Assembly (NCBI RefSeq): GCF_033153115.1
Contig: NW_026889758.1
Location: 11,160,001-11,224,000 of the forward strand
DNA length: 64,000 nucleotides
Source: Saccostrea echinata
Lineage: Eukaryota
Direction of reading: 5' to 3'
Shown: piece after piece, positions 37,680 to 49,435 of the stretch
Position numbering within the stretch: position 1 is the stretch's first letter
Layout of the letters: every line of letters begins with the position of its first letter
Position numbers and translations under genes: made by a program
Notes under the pieces: generated by a model
The model's database searches: none
What the model was told of the DNA's origin: nothing
The model's input: only the letters and a program-made list of their open reading frames with translations

Positions 37680-38751
37680 AAAATCAATAACATCAAAACG
37701 TACGACTTTTGAACACTTTATACAACAATTCACCATGATAAATTAAAGTCGAGGCTTTTTGACATCATAGACGACTGCTTTTTCAATAAAAATGGAACTA
37801 GTAAATTTTCTTACCTTGTCATTAGTCATTTGCAAAATGATTTTGATAAAAACATTCTGAATGTACACTAAGTACTCCGAAACAGATATCAAAAAGATGC
37901 TTGAGTTTCTGATTTACAATATCTGTGTAGTTTTTGGAGATCAGGTCTTCCAACAATTTGTCGGAATTTCCATGGGTATCAATTGTGCCCCTTTTTTATA
38001 TTTTCGTAGCAGAATTCATTCAAAAACTTATACTTGAGTAGAAGAAAACATTTGCTGTGCCATTCAACTCGACATTTAAATATATCGACGACGTATAATC
38101 AATTAACAATAGTTACTTGCCAGTGAACTTGAAATAAAATATACCAAAGGGTTCGATAAATCTGTTTCATATTTGGATATTTTACTAGAAAAAATAAAGT
38201 TAATGGTTACCTAACAAAACTTTATGATAAATGTAATGACTTCAACTTTTCTATCGTCAACTTCCCTTACTTATGTACATGTAGCAATATACCCTTATTA
38301 CCTGCAGATGGGATCTTCCAGTTGATTCGATACGCAAGAGCATGTTCCACGTACAAACCATTTCTAAAACGAGGCAAACTATTGACAAACAAGATGATGA
38401 ATCAAGGATATCAACAGTCTCGTTTAAAGTCAACATTTTGCAAATTCTTTGGTCGATTCAACGACCTTGTCAGTGAATAAAATCTATCATTGAGTCGAAT
38501 GCTTACTGACGGTTTTCACACTAATTGTTAAGTCATTATTTAAACACTGAATTGCCTATGGATTCTTCGTTTGCCCGATCATGATAATTAGCACACAAGG
38601 GGTGTGACTGGTCGACAGGGGAAGCTTACTCCTCCATGGCACATGATCCCATTCTGATGGTTTTTAGAGTTCCGTCTTTGCTCAGCTCCCAATTTGTATC
38701 ATTTTAATGGATTTTTGAGCTTGATTACCGTTCGTTATCTCCATATTTCAT
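37680..38751 (+). mobile_element. Penelope-like retroelement, decayed RT and 3' end (possibly Naiad-type)
   Basis: KTYDF*TLYTTI, MLEFLI, QQFVGISMG.NCAP, FKYIDD, SIVNFPYLC, QLIRYARAC; RT runs to the element end with no C-terminal GIY-YIG visible. Confidence 0.85.
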
Positions 38752-39736
38752 TGCAAGATTATTTCACTCATATGATTGTAGTGAAATGTCCCGTTTAAAA
38801 TCATACATCCCTGAGCCGATAAAGAAGCATTTAGACAAAAGAGTGATATCAAAAGCAAAATCTTATTAATTGAATTTCAGCATTATCAGTATGGCATGTA
38901 TTAATGTTGTAAAAGTATAGTGGCATTCATCAATTTTGTCGGAGGTATTTTTTTTAAATGAATGAACAAATAAATAAAAAATATAAAGTAAATTAAAAAA
39001 TTGGAATATTAAGAAACATTTTTTCACAAATATAAATCTTCAATCTAGAATGTGCCCCTTAGTTAGGAATGTAGTTTTAAGTTATCAGACATCAGTGCCT
39101 TCTACTTATTTCTAAGAATTAGCATAAGCGAAAGCTTTCCCGATCAATCTCAAAAACAATTTTGATGTTTAGATTCACCAAAGGCATTTTTTTTTACGTT
39201 GTCCATTTATTATGTCATATAATAAATAGTTTTCAAGCTTTTATGTCAATGTTATACTGATACGCTGTTTCATGTTTTTATTTCTTTCAATGATCAACCA
39301 ATTGTTTAAATTTCACAATAATTTTGTTTCAAAAATACATGTATTGAAAATTCTGAAAAACAAATAAGAGAGAAACATACCTCCTAGCAAGAATCAAACA
39401 TGTGTTACAAACCTTAACGGCAATTTCCATATATAATACTGGACAAATGCAAGTATTTGTATATAGGTTACACTTACATTTTTCTCAATTCATATGTTAC
39501 CCGTGATCTATGAATATGATTTGATTTGAATTTAAATTTGATATTAGAATGATATTTATTTCCAATATTGATAACTGCTTTAAATAACAACAGTTGATGC
39601 ACTGAGCAATTTACACATCTACGATTCTTAGAGCGTAAATTTCCAATGAAAAAAGTAAAACGTTAGGACATTTATTTTACACTGCTGTCATTTGAATACA
39701 TAGGTAATAGTTTATCTGTTTTGCACTAAAACAACC

Positions 39737-39859
39737 CTCCTGAAACTTAAAATAATCCAGGAAATAACGTTACGTGTAGAGGTATCAATGGATTTTAAAA
39801 ACGTGCATGTGGTTGGAAATTAATAGCTTTATTGTGCAATGACAAGGAATAACACATTT
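39737..39859 (+). promoter_or_regulatory. Conserved distal upstream block of gene B3
   Basis: Homologous to 22131-22254. Confidence 0.45.
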
Positions 39860-40480
39860 CATTTATTTCGATTCAGTGTGAGACAAAGGCATTATTTCGC
39901 CCACCTTTTAACCAAAGAATACTTCTTTGATTATGAATAAAATTTGCATATCTGACGTGTCGTTCAACGCCACAGAGAACACGAGATGATACTACACTTA
40001 ATGTTACAGCAATTCTTTTACAACCATTAATGTACAGATATTGACTAGTAATTATGATCCAAAGAATATACCTGTAAATGTATACAGAAATAAAGAATTA
40101 AGATATATTATAAGGGAATTTCTTTTGTATAAATAAGAATTATTTTAAAGCCAAATTTCAGAAGTCCCAAACAGTGTATTATTCAAGTTATTTTTTAATG
40201 ATTATATTGAAAAAAAAAGAGCAAATATTCTTTTAAAAAGAGATTAATTTGAATTTTCAGAAAATTCTAATAAAATAACTATTTTTAATCCTTCTATCTT
40301 TCTATGAATTAAGCATAATTTATGAAGATTCAGCATTTCACATTGAACTTTTGTTTTAAATTATCAAATTTTAGAATAATTAATGTCATTCTGTCGATCA
40401 CAGAAAAGCTTCCTTTTAACTTCACTTTAGTTATTATTAAGACAACTCAAAGAAATTAATCACATTCAACACCCTTCCTT

Positions 40481-40534
40481 GTGACGTAAGTGTTTAATTA
40501 CTATATAAATACCGTTACTTTGAAAGTTCTGTAC
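40481..40534 (+). promoter_or_regulatory. Core promoter of gene B3
   Basis: tgacgtaa 40482, tatataaa 40502, ctgtac 40529; exon 1 donor acg|gtaagg at 40570/40571. Confidence 0.8.
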
Positions 40535-40735
40535 AAGCAGTAGTTGCCTTGTGAAGATCAGTAAAGCACGGTAAGGCTGTAAGACACCACTGTGATACAA
40601 AATACAGCTAAAATAATGATTGTAGTTAGAGCCGAAAAAATCGTCACACCATTCATTAAGTTATTGTCTTTGCTTTTGTGTGTATGTTTCTTTTTTCATT
40701 TTGAATAATTCATTTAACATCTTTTTCAACAGAAA

Positions 40736-41607
40736 ATGTTGAGACTCACCTCCCTTGTCTGTATTGTTGCCTGCGTCTTCGCAGACTCTTATCCAAAGGG
40801 TGACTATTACCCTAAAAATGACTACTATGGTGGATGTGGAAAATATGGATGCACATACGGTATCCACTCTCAAGGTCCCTATGGTAACTTTGGAGGATTA
40901 GTCAGCTCTACAAGTGGAGGACTTAACACCGGATTCGTCAGCACTGGAGGTCTCAACACAGGATTGATCGGTCTTGGAGGTGGATCTGCTGCCGCAAGCG
41001 CTGCCGCCGCCGGAGATGCTGCCGCTGCTGCTAGCGCAGCCGCTGCAGGACAAAATGCTGCTGCTGTTGCCGCTGCCGCCGCTGCCAATGGAGCAGCTGC
41101 TTCATCTGCTGCTGCCACCGGAGGTTTTGGATTGAACATTGCCCCTTACTACTTCAATCAACCAGGATATTTCTATAACTTCCCAGGACAATATAGAAAC
41201 TTTGGTCAATACTACACCTATCCCAGTCATTACTACAACAGTTTCCCCATTTTCAATAACTACGTCCCATATTTTGGTTTTGGAAGTGGATCCTCTGCTG
41301 CTGCTAGTGCTTCTGCTGTTGGTGGAAGTTCTGCTGCTTCTGCTGGTGCTTCTGCAGGTGGATTTGGTGGATTCAACGGAATTTATGACGGAATCTTCCT
41401 CGGAGGATCAAGACGTAATTTCAGAAGAAGACACAGCAAGGTATGATTTAAATATTATTTGCAAGTTTTTCTTTCATTTTTTATTGAACATATATGTTCA
41501 ACGAATTATATTTATTTTATTCCCGTTCGTGTCTACGATAATTAAATTAAAAAAAAAATGAAAACACATTTGTAAATTGTTTTCTCCATCTTTTTCAGGT
41601 CTACTAA
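40736..41607 (+). CDS. shelk2: Shelk2-like secreted silk-like shell-matrix protein B3 (237 aa; coding 40736-41440 + 41599-41607)
   Basis: Near-identical to B1/B2; intron 1 40571-40732, intron 2 41441-41598; last exon GTC TAC TAA; aataaa 41663. Confidence 0.92.
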
Positions 41608-41854
41608 GGGATCGAACTCATTTAATACTCTTTGTGGTGATGATTTGGTGTTCATTTGTGATAATAAATAATCTGTACTCAAAATATATATATTGATGTT
41701 TTCAATAAAATGCTGAAAAAGACCATAAATTTCCGAATAAAGAACAACAAAAAAATTATTGTTCTTTATAATCATTTGAGATAGAATTGTAAAGGATTTT
41801 GAATCCATGGACGTCTGTTTCAGAGTTATATATTTAGGAAATGATGGTATATCT

Positions 41855-41894
<40 letters not shown>

Positions 41895-43370
41895 AACAAC
41901 CAAATTCTCTGATATACATGTATCAAAATGCAAAAAATGATCACTGGTGTTATTCGCCATCACTTTGACGTCATTGGTGTCAATCCTGGTTAGAAGTACT
42001 CTCATTTTTCGAGATCGACTCAATCCTTGCTCCTTTTAAACCTTGTAGAAAATAAATTTGTGATAATTGGATCATAAACAATATGGTGTATTAACAGCTT
42101 TTGCATGAACAAATGCACACAAAAAAGATTTTCGGAGGTATTTTTAAAATTAAAATTCTTTGTATTGGCGGGAGGAAAAAAGACTTTTTTACCAAAGCGA
42201 GGAATTTTTTCCATTCAGAATCATCTTTTATGTTCCAACCTTGAATATCTTGTACTGATAAAATATTTTTAATTTTATGCCTAACCATAATGTGAAGAAA
42301 ATTTTACATCGTGAACAGAAAGAACAATACTTCATTATCACAATATAAATTAAAATTATGAGGTATATATAAAAATAAAGCATTGTCATATTAAATAAAT
42401 TCATATAAGAAGATATATATAAGCGATGATTTTTGAGTAAGAATATCACATTGTTATTTATGCTTGTAAAAGAGGGAATCCAACTGCAGGAGTTAAACCT
42501 TTCTTAAAATTTACTTTTTGTAGGAAAACATATACAATGAAAATATAAATACTATATATTCTACTTCATAAAATATGCTAGGTTTTAACTTTTGTATGAA
42601 AAGATTAAAACTTTCTAAATTGTTACAGATAAAATAACTGGTTACCAAAGTTTAGGTAAAAAATATGTATAGTTATAAAATATATGGGCAAAAGAAAATA
42701 TAATTAAATGTTTATATGCCATCTTATAATTCTTGGTAAAAATGTGTGGTTATTAGGAGGAAATAGTGTAATTAATCAAATTCTGAATTGTCAGATATTT
42801 TTAATTTTATTGTTTGGAAGTATTCCTCTTATCAGAAGGACAATAGACCTTTACAAAAACGTATTTAAAAAAATAATAAATAAAATAAATAAATAATCTT
42901 TATGATCCAAAAAACTTTAAAAATTCGCACTGACTCTAGTAAGAGATAAAATTTGGAATGGCGTCATTGAAGAAGTGGCATTTCTAGTACTTGATATTCA
43001 ATACTGGAATAGATCTTGATGACGGATATACAGAACATATAAAATATTAATTATTGAAAAACTGAATGAAGGAGAACTTAAATAAATTAAAACTTAAAAT
43101 AGGTACGAAGTCAGAATGTTACAAATTGTTTTATTCATCTGAAGTGAGTTGTATTCGCTTTACTCGTTACTTGTTAACAAGGTGACAAATTTTCTTGATT
43201 ATTTCTCTCTGAGATTATTTCTCTCATCCAAAAATTGAACGTTCATTATCAAAGAAATATCGTCTATGACACAGTTTGCACCATTCATATTGTTTAGTTT
43301 ATTTTTGTTTGCTGTATTTATTCTTAAGATCAACAATGCGTGAATTGAAACTTGACGTTACAGTATCATG

Positions 43371-43686
43371 TACGGAAGCCGGTAGGTGCCAGGTAGAAAA
43401 ATATTTTATCTGGCAGCCGCCAGATAACTTTCTGGCGGCCGCCAAATAATTATCTGGCGGCCGCCAGATAAATAACTGGCGGCCGCCAGAAACTTATCTT
43501 GCGGCCGCCAAATGATTTTCTGGCGGCCGCCAGATAAAAAGATCTGGCGGCCGCCAGATAAGTTATCTGGCGGCCGCCAGATAACTTTCTAGCGGCCGCC
43601 AGTTATTTATCTGGCGGCCGCCAGAAAGTTATCTGGCGGCCGCCAGATAAAATATTTTTTCTACCTGGCACCAACCGGCTTCCGTA
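43371..43686. mobile_element. MITE with TACGG termini, 6-bp TSD and internal palindromic tandem array (IS3EU-like)
   Basis: TIRs tacggaagccggtaggtgccaggtagaaaaa / tttttctacctggcaccaaccggcttccgta; TSD atcatg at 43365 and 43687; 11 units of ~tctggcggccgccaga. Confidence 0.9.
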
Positions 43687-43701
43687 ATCATGTCACCCTT
43701 T

Positions 43702-43821
43702 TATCATGTTGTAAATTTTGAATTTACTAGGGGGAGGTAAATGCAAAATTTACAACATGTTATCATGTTGTAAATTTTGCATTTACCTCCCCCTAGTAAA
43801 TTCAAAATTTACAACATGATA
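43702..43821. mobile_element. 120-bp near-perfect palindromic MITE, 6-bp TSD
   Basis: tatcatgttgtaaattttgaatttactaggggg mirrors ccccctagtaaattcaaaatttacaacatgata; TSD cccttt at 43696 and 43822. Confidence 0.88.
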
Positions 43822-43924
43822 CCCTTTTTCTAATTCGTGGAGATTTTTGCTTAGAGAACCTAAATAACGGGCGTTTTATCATCTAATTACGACTGTTTTA
43901 AACGATGTTTAAACGATAAAACGG

Positions 43925-43979
43925 GTAGTAGTAGTAGTAGCACTAGTAACAGTAGTAGTAGTAGTAGTAGTAGTAGTAG
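43925..43979. repeat. (GTA)n microsatellite, interrupted
   Basis: Direct reading. Confidence 0.9.
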
Positions 43980-44329
43980 CAAGAATATAATTGTATAATT
44001 TTTTCAGAAATCTAGAAACGGCATACAACCCGTTTAAGACTGACGTATAAAGAATAGAATATAGACATCTGATTGGTTTTCCATAGAGGTCACAAAGGCA
44101 TCGATATCATTATTGAATAATTACTGAATTTTATTTTGATATAGGATTCATGCATCCATTTTTATGTTTTTATGTAAAATATAAGATGCCTAGGAAAACA
44201 GTTTTAACATATAGGCCTAGAATTAAAATTATTAACAAAAATAATAATAATTATAATAAAAATTTTCTTGCTCTTGGCTAGAAAAAAGTGAACTCGAAAT
44301 AAAAGATTTCACAGAGTCTGCCATATATT

Positions 44330-44840
44330 TGTCATATCTTGATGTTTTACTGACTATAGACGATAAGGGCCAACACACAACTAAATTGTATGACAAATAA
44401 GATTACTTCAGCTGTTCCATCGTCAACTGTCCTTATTTTTGTAGAAATATTCCGGTTTACGACTCCCAGCTTATTAGATACTCAAGAGTATACACTAAGT
44501 ATGATCAACTTTTAAATTAAGGCAGACTACTGACAAATAAGTTGATGCTACAGGGATTTCAACAACTTCGATTAAAGTCGGCATTTCATAAATTCTATGA
44601 CCTTTTCAGTTAATTGTCATTTGGTCGTATTTTGGCGGACGTGTTAATTTGACTACAGATTGTTCGGTCTACCTGATCAATGCATAAGGCTCACGGCGAG
44701 TGTGACCGGATGATCCTCCTAGGCACCCAATCCCATCTCTGGAATTTCCGGTTTCCGTGTTTTATGTTCTGTTTACAGATTTGTATTATTTGTAGATTTC
44801 TTTGAGATTGATCAGTGTACGGTAAATTCACATTTTTCAT
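44330..44840 (+). mobile_element. Penelope-like fragment (RT C-terminus plus 3' end)
   Basis: SYLDVLL, TTKLYDK, SIVNCP, SQLIRYSR remnants; ctcctaggcacccaatcccatc 3' motif. Confidence 0.75.
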
Positions 44841-46439
44841 AGGAATAAATTAATAGTAGTACATTGTAGGTCATTTTTGGTTTGGGAAAACTGATTTCGA
44901 ATGCTGTTGAGAGTGTCCTCGAGTGCAAAATGTATAGTGATGTGTTTGATAAATTTTAATGTTTTCCCATACCAAAAATGCCTTATTATATACTTCTGAG
45001 AAAAAAGTTATTAGACTTAAAAGCCGTCAATAAAAGTTTTTTAAAAAAATGTTCAGTTTTTCCCTTAATATAAATAGCTGATAATTCTACTAAGAACATT
45101 ATTTTTCTAAGGAATAAGACCCGAATATACCTTGAATATCAATAGATAATCAGGATCAAGAGTATTCAACATGTTGATACATAGTCAACTCATAATTGTC
45201 GGCTGTTGTTAATGAAGCAGAAACCGAGATATCTTATATTCTTTTTTCCCGATATTCCCCGATACCACTCATATTTTTTTTTTAAAGTGTTCAAAACAAA
45301 CTTATCGGTTCCTTTCTTATTGGCTCTGAAACCTTGAATCGACTTCGATATTGACCTGTTAAATATTAAAGTATATTACATTTCTAGCTGCAAACAAACG
45401 TATGGATACTTTTATTCTATCACGCGACCTCGATCTAACTCAGACCTGAGACTTGTTTGGTTGGTCTGCCACTTGCTTTATTTTATTGCCCTAGCAATAT
45501 TCACAGAAATCTTTGAATTTAATTTTGATATCGCTGTAATGATTGTAAACTATCATCGTGCAAGTACTCCAATTTCTGTTGTTTTATTTAGCAGACTGTT
45601 TCCAACTGTGGCCTTCAAACTAGGTTCTAGCAAAAATAATCCCCTAAACCTCTCTGTTAAATAATGACCCTATTAGCAAATATAACCAGTCATTGGTTTC
45701 TATTTTGACTGATATATTTCATACAAATGGTTAGGTCTTTGTATTATACTAAATTTAACGGATTATTCCGTCTACCTGATCAATATATATGACTAAACCG
45801 GATGTGAACGATCGACAGGGATTCCTACTCCTCCTATGTACTTGATCCTACCTTTGGAACTTCCAGGGGTCCATGTTTTATGCTTCGGAAATTTAAAATT
45901 GCAATAATCAATCATAATTCGTGATTTTTGTGCTTTATATTCAGTGATGATGTAGTTTGCGTATCCTTTGAGAATTCTGTACTTACCGATATTCCGAAGA
46001 CTTACCAAATATATTTAATGCACAAAGAGGTATCAGAGACAAAGCACGTCTTAAACATATTGCACGTACCTATAGAGACGGGGATGAAGGGATTTATCAC
46101 TTAAAAATATTATTCAAAACGTAAAGAGGCCTGATAATTGGTAGGAAACATTTCAGTCAAAACACAGCGATAGGTTTTATTTGCAAATAAGAGCATTATA
46201 ATGACCAAAGAATTTGCAAAATGCAGCTTAAGCATCAACTTATATGTTAGTAGTCATTCACGGTTCAAAAAAATGGTGGCACTCAAAAATGGTCTTGCGC
46301 ACGGAATCAGCTTGGAGACAAAGGTACCATATTCAGGTAGTGGAATATTACTTCATAAAAATTGAAAGCTAAAGTCATTCGGTTGTTATAAAGTTACTTG
46401 TCAGTTGGACATTAACGTCTACAGTCAACAAACCATTCG

Positions 46440-47290
46440 AATATGAGAAGGCATGTCAGACTTCTTGGTGTCTTTTATATTGAGTTACTTGGATATATCG
46501 AGTCTACATCTAAACAAAACTACTGTTAATTAATAAACCATCATCGATATTATATAAATACTGCATGTAGTTGAGTGTAACATTGAAAATTTTCACCCCA
46601 AGAAAACCATTGTCAACCGAGGCGCTCTTTTCCAGCACGAGGGTTGAAACTTTTCAATGTTATACTCAACTACATGAAGTATTTATAATGTTATACTGAA
46701 TGTTTTATACAAATACATACATTGTATTACAGTGAACCTTGCGCGCATAAATTCTGCGCAGTCACTATTTTTTGGAATATCACCCGTCGTCAAGCAATGT
46801 TAACTGTTGCTACACTGTAGGGCGTGGCTTCATCATTCAGCGGGTAATAGGGGTTTTTAACAAATGTTTCTCGACGAATCAGATTCAACTAATTTACATG
46901 AAAGTATACCATATCAAAATGTTGAATTGAAAACCACAGACAGAGTTGTCTCCTCGTAAAAGTTTTGGAATAAAATCAGCTTCATAAAAATATAGAAACA
47001 AGAAGTCGGGTAATAAAGGAGCACAAGTTAAGGCCATGGGAGTTTCTAATAGAATTTTAGAAGACATGGTCTGCAAGGAAGATTTAGATTATCAATAAGG
47101 AACTCCAGCATGCTTTTAATATCAACTTCAGGGTACTTGTGTGTAGAATCAGATTGATTTTTGATAAAGTAATCTTGTAGTTGATATGAATGAAAAATGT
47201 TTAAAGTATTCAATAATCAAAATTGACAATGTCGTGTTATCTGTTCACCTGTTCTAAAAACACTGCAGAATTGTCTGTACAGATGCTATA
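46440..47290 (-). mobile_element. Penelope-like RT fragment interrupted by a hairpin element (~46551-46905)
   Basis: ORF 46894-47076 PMALTCAPLLPDFLFLYFYEADFI; IDD and IKDT remnants at 46440-46550; inserted hairpin 46553-46687 with ~47-bp arms. Confidence 0.65.
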
Positions 47291-47462
47291 TCGGTGCATG
47301 CTGTGAAAATTTGTGGGAAAAATTACATTAAAGCTGAACACGACTCATAAATAGGCATACGCCATATTTGCATTTCTATCTCCGATATCAGCACTGGGGT
47401 ATATCCTTCGTATTCGTTACATCTGACAGTCTTGTCAATGGTACAGATGTGTGCCAAAATAT

Positions 47463-47664
47463 TGAAATATATGGAGATAACGAACAGTATTCAAGCTCAA
47501 AAGTCCATTATACAATACAAAATAGGAGCAGAGCAAACACGGACCTCCAAACATCAGAGGTGGGATCAGGTGCCATGGAGGAGTGAGCATCCCCTGCCGA
47601 CCGGTCACACCCGCCGTGTGCTCCTTGTCATGATCGGGAAATAACGGAAAAATCCGCTGACAAT
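47463..47664 (-). mobile_element. Penelope-like 3' terminal fragment (well preserved)
   Basis: Closely matches 63069-63270 and the reverse complement of 38560-38751 and 49627-49750. Confidence 0.8.
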
Positions 47665-49040
47665 TTTGTAAAATCACTGGAATGACAATATTTATAGACA
47701 GATTTTACCACAAATTTCTCGATAATCCAGGAAATTGTTATATTTGATGAAAACAATAGTTTTTATCTATCAGCATTGATATTAAAAAAATATTGTAATT
47801 GAAGTGCGACATGAAAATTTAAGTCAAATATATACGCACAATGAATTATATAGTCAACATTGATCTTGAATTTTAGAACTGATGTAAATGATGAACCATC
47901 TTTTTACTACAAAACTAAATATGTAATGATTTTTAAGATAAAGAAAACATTTTCTAGTTTAAGTACTGAAAAAATATGATGAAATTGGACAAAAATTGAC
48001 CATTTGCCAGCGATTCAACTATATGTGGTTTTCAATAAAATATACAGAGAAAAAAATAAAATTTCCACTTTTGGCACAGAGTTGTACCTGCGTGGAATGG
48101 ACGGCACACGTGTTCGTGTTGGTTATTTTACATTACCTTTGTTTACATTTTATTGCAAACTGATGTAAGTTTCTTTGGTAAATTTCTCTTCTGCCGTGGA
48201 AGAAATCAACACGCAGTTACTTTTGTCGCTAACGAGAGTTTTACAATAGCTAGGTAGATTACGTCGGTTCACACCGATGAAAACTGATTACACTAAACCG
48301 AGACCAAGTGAATGGCTTATATATGGGCCGTACAGCTAACGGAAATGCAGAGTAATATGGCGGGCAATCATAGATCTCTGCCTTTTACGAATCGTGTTCA
48401 GCTTTAATGAATACATGTAATTGATTAAAACCATGTATGAGGTGCATAATCTTTTGACACTTGTTTGCTCTGTTCTTCGCGACAAAGGATGATTATATAT
48501 TGCATACATGATCTTGAGCTCGAGTCAGCATGCAAGTATACTTTTGATATATCTACGTATTTTGTATTTACTTTTTTCCTCTCTTGTCTACGATGACGTT
48601 TGCTGTTTGAGTCGATTTGTTTCAATTTGTTAGACAGAATCAACTAGAAAATTTTACAATACACTTATTGCCATCTTGACATCACTATATACCTTTTTCA
48701 CATTTACCTAAAAGCATCGAACAATTTCGGTAAGCAGGGATAAAAGCTCGTTTTTGAAAATCATTTTCAATTATTTTTAATGATGTTGAGGACTTTTTTT
48801 TCAAAATAGAGCATATGATTTTTACCTTCAATGACAAGTACAGTACAATACATGAAAAGTGTTTTTAAGTACACTTTACTTCTTTTAAATTGAAAATGAA
48901 ATGTTAAACATTGTTAATCTAAACAACTATCAGAATCGATTTTGATTTAAACTTCTGGTCGGTCAAAGACATTGCTTTATAAGCAAATAATCATATACCC
49001 AGTAATATCTGAATGTTAATATTTCTATTCATAAAGGACA

Positions 49041-49261
49041 GGGCCCCGTTTTACAAAGAACTAACAACTAAGACCAAAAACTTCAGCTGATTGTAAAATG
49101 TTGCAAAATTACTGATTCTGTTTAAAATTGCTAGCGTAAAATTATCTTTCTACATACCTTTTAAAAATATTAAAACCATTTCCTATTTAATGTAAATTAG
49201 AAAGTTATTAGCAGAATTAAATTTTGGTCTTACTCGTAAGTTCTTTTCTAAAACGGACCCC
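49041..49261. mobile_element. Harbinger-like MITE
   Basis: TIRs gggccccgttttacaaagaact / agttcttttctaaaacggacccc. Confidence 0.7.
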
Positions 49262-49435
49262 AGGGTTGTTGCAAACTTATAATCTTAAAGGTTTATTTTA
49301 GACTTCGTGGCTGTTATATCATTGGCTGTATCGTCAGAATCATCAATATTATAAGCGATTTATTTCTAATTTAAATTTTAAATTATACTGATAATGTCTT
49401 TCTCTGAAAATGATATCCTTAAATAACCCATCCTT

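Noticed and set aside
43405-43650. CRISPR-like palindromic repeats
   Set aside because: Spacers are only a few bp and the array is enclosed by TIRs and a TSD, so it is a MITE
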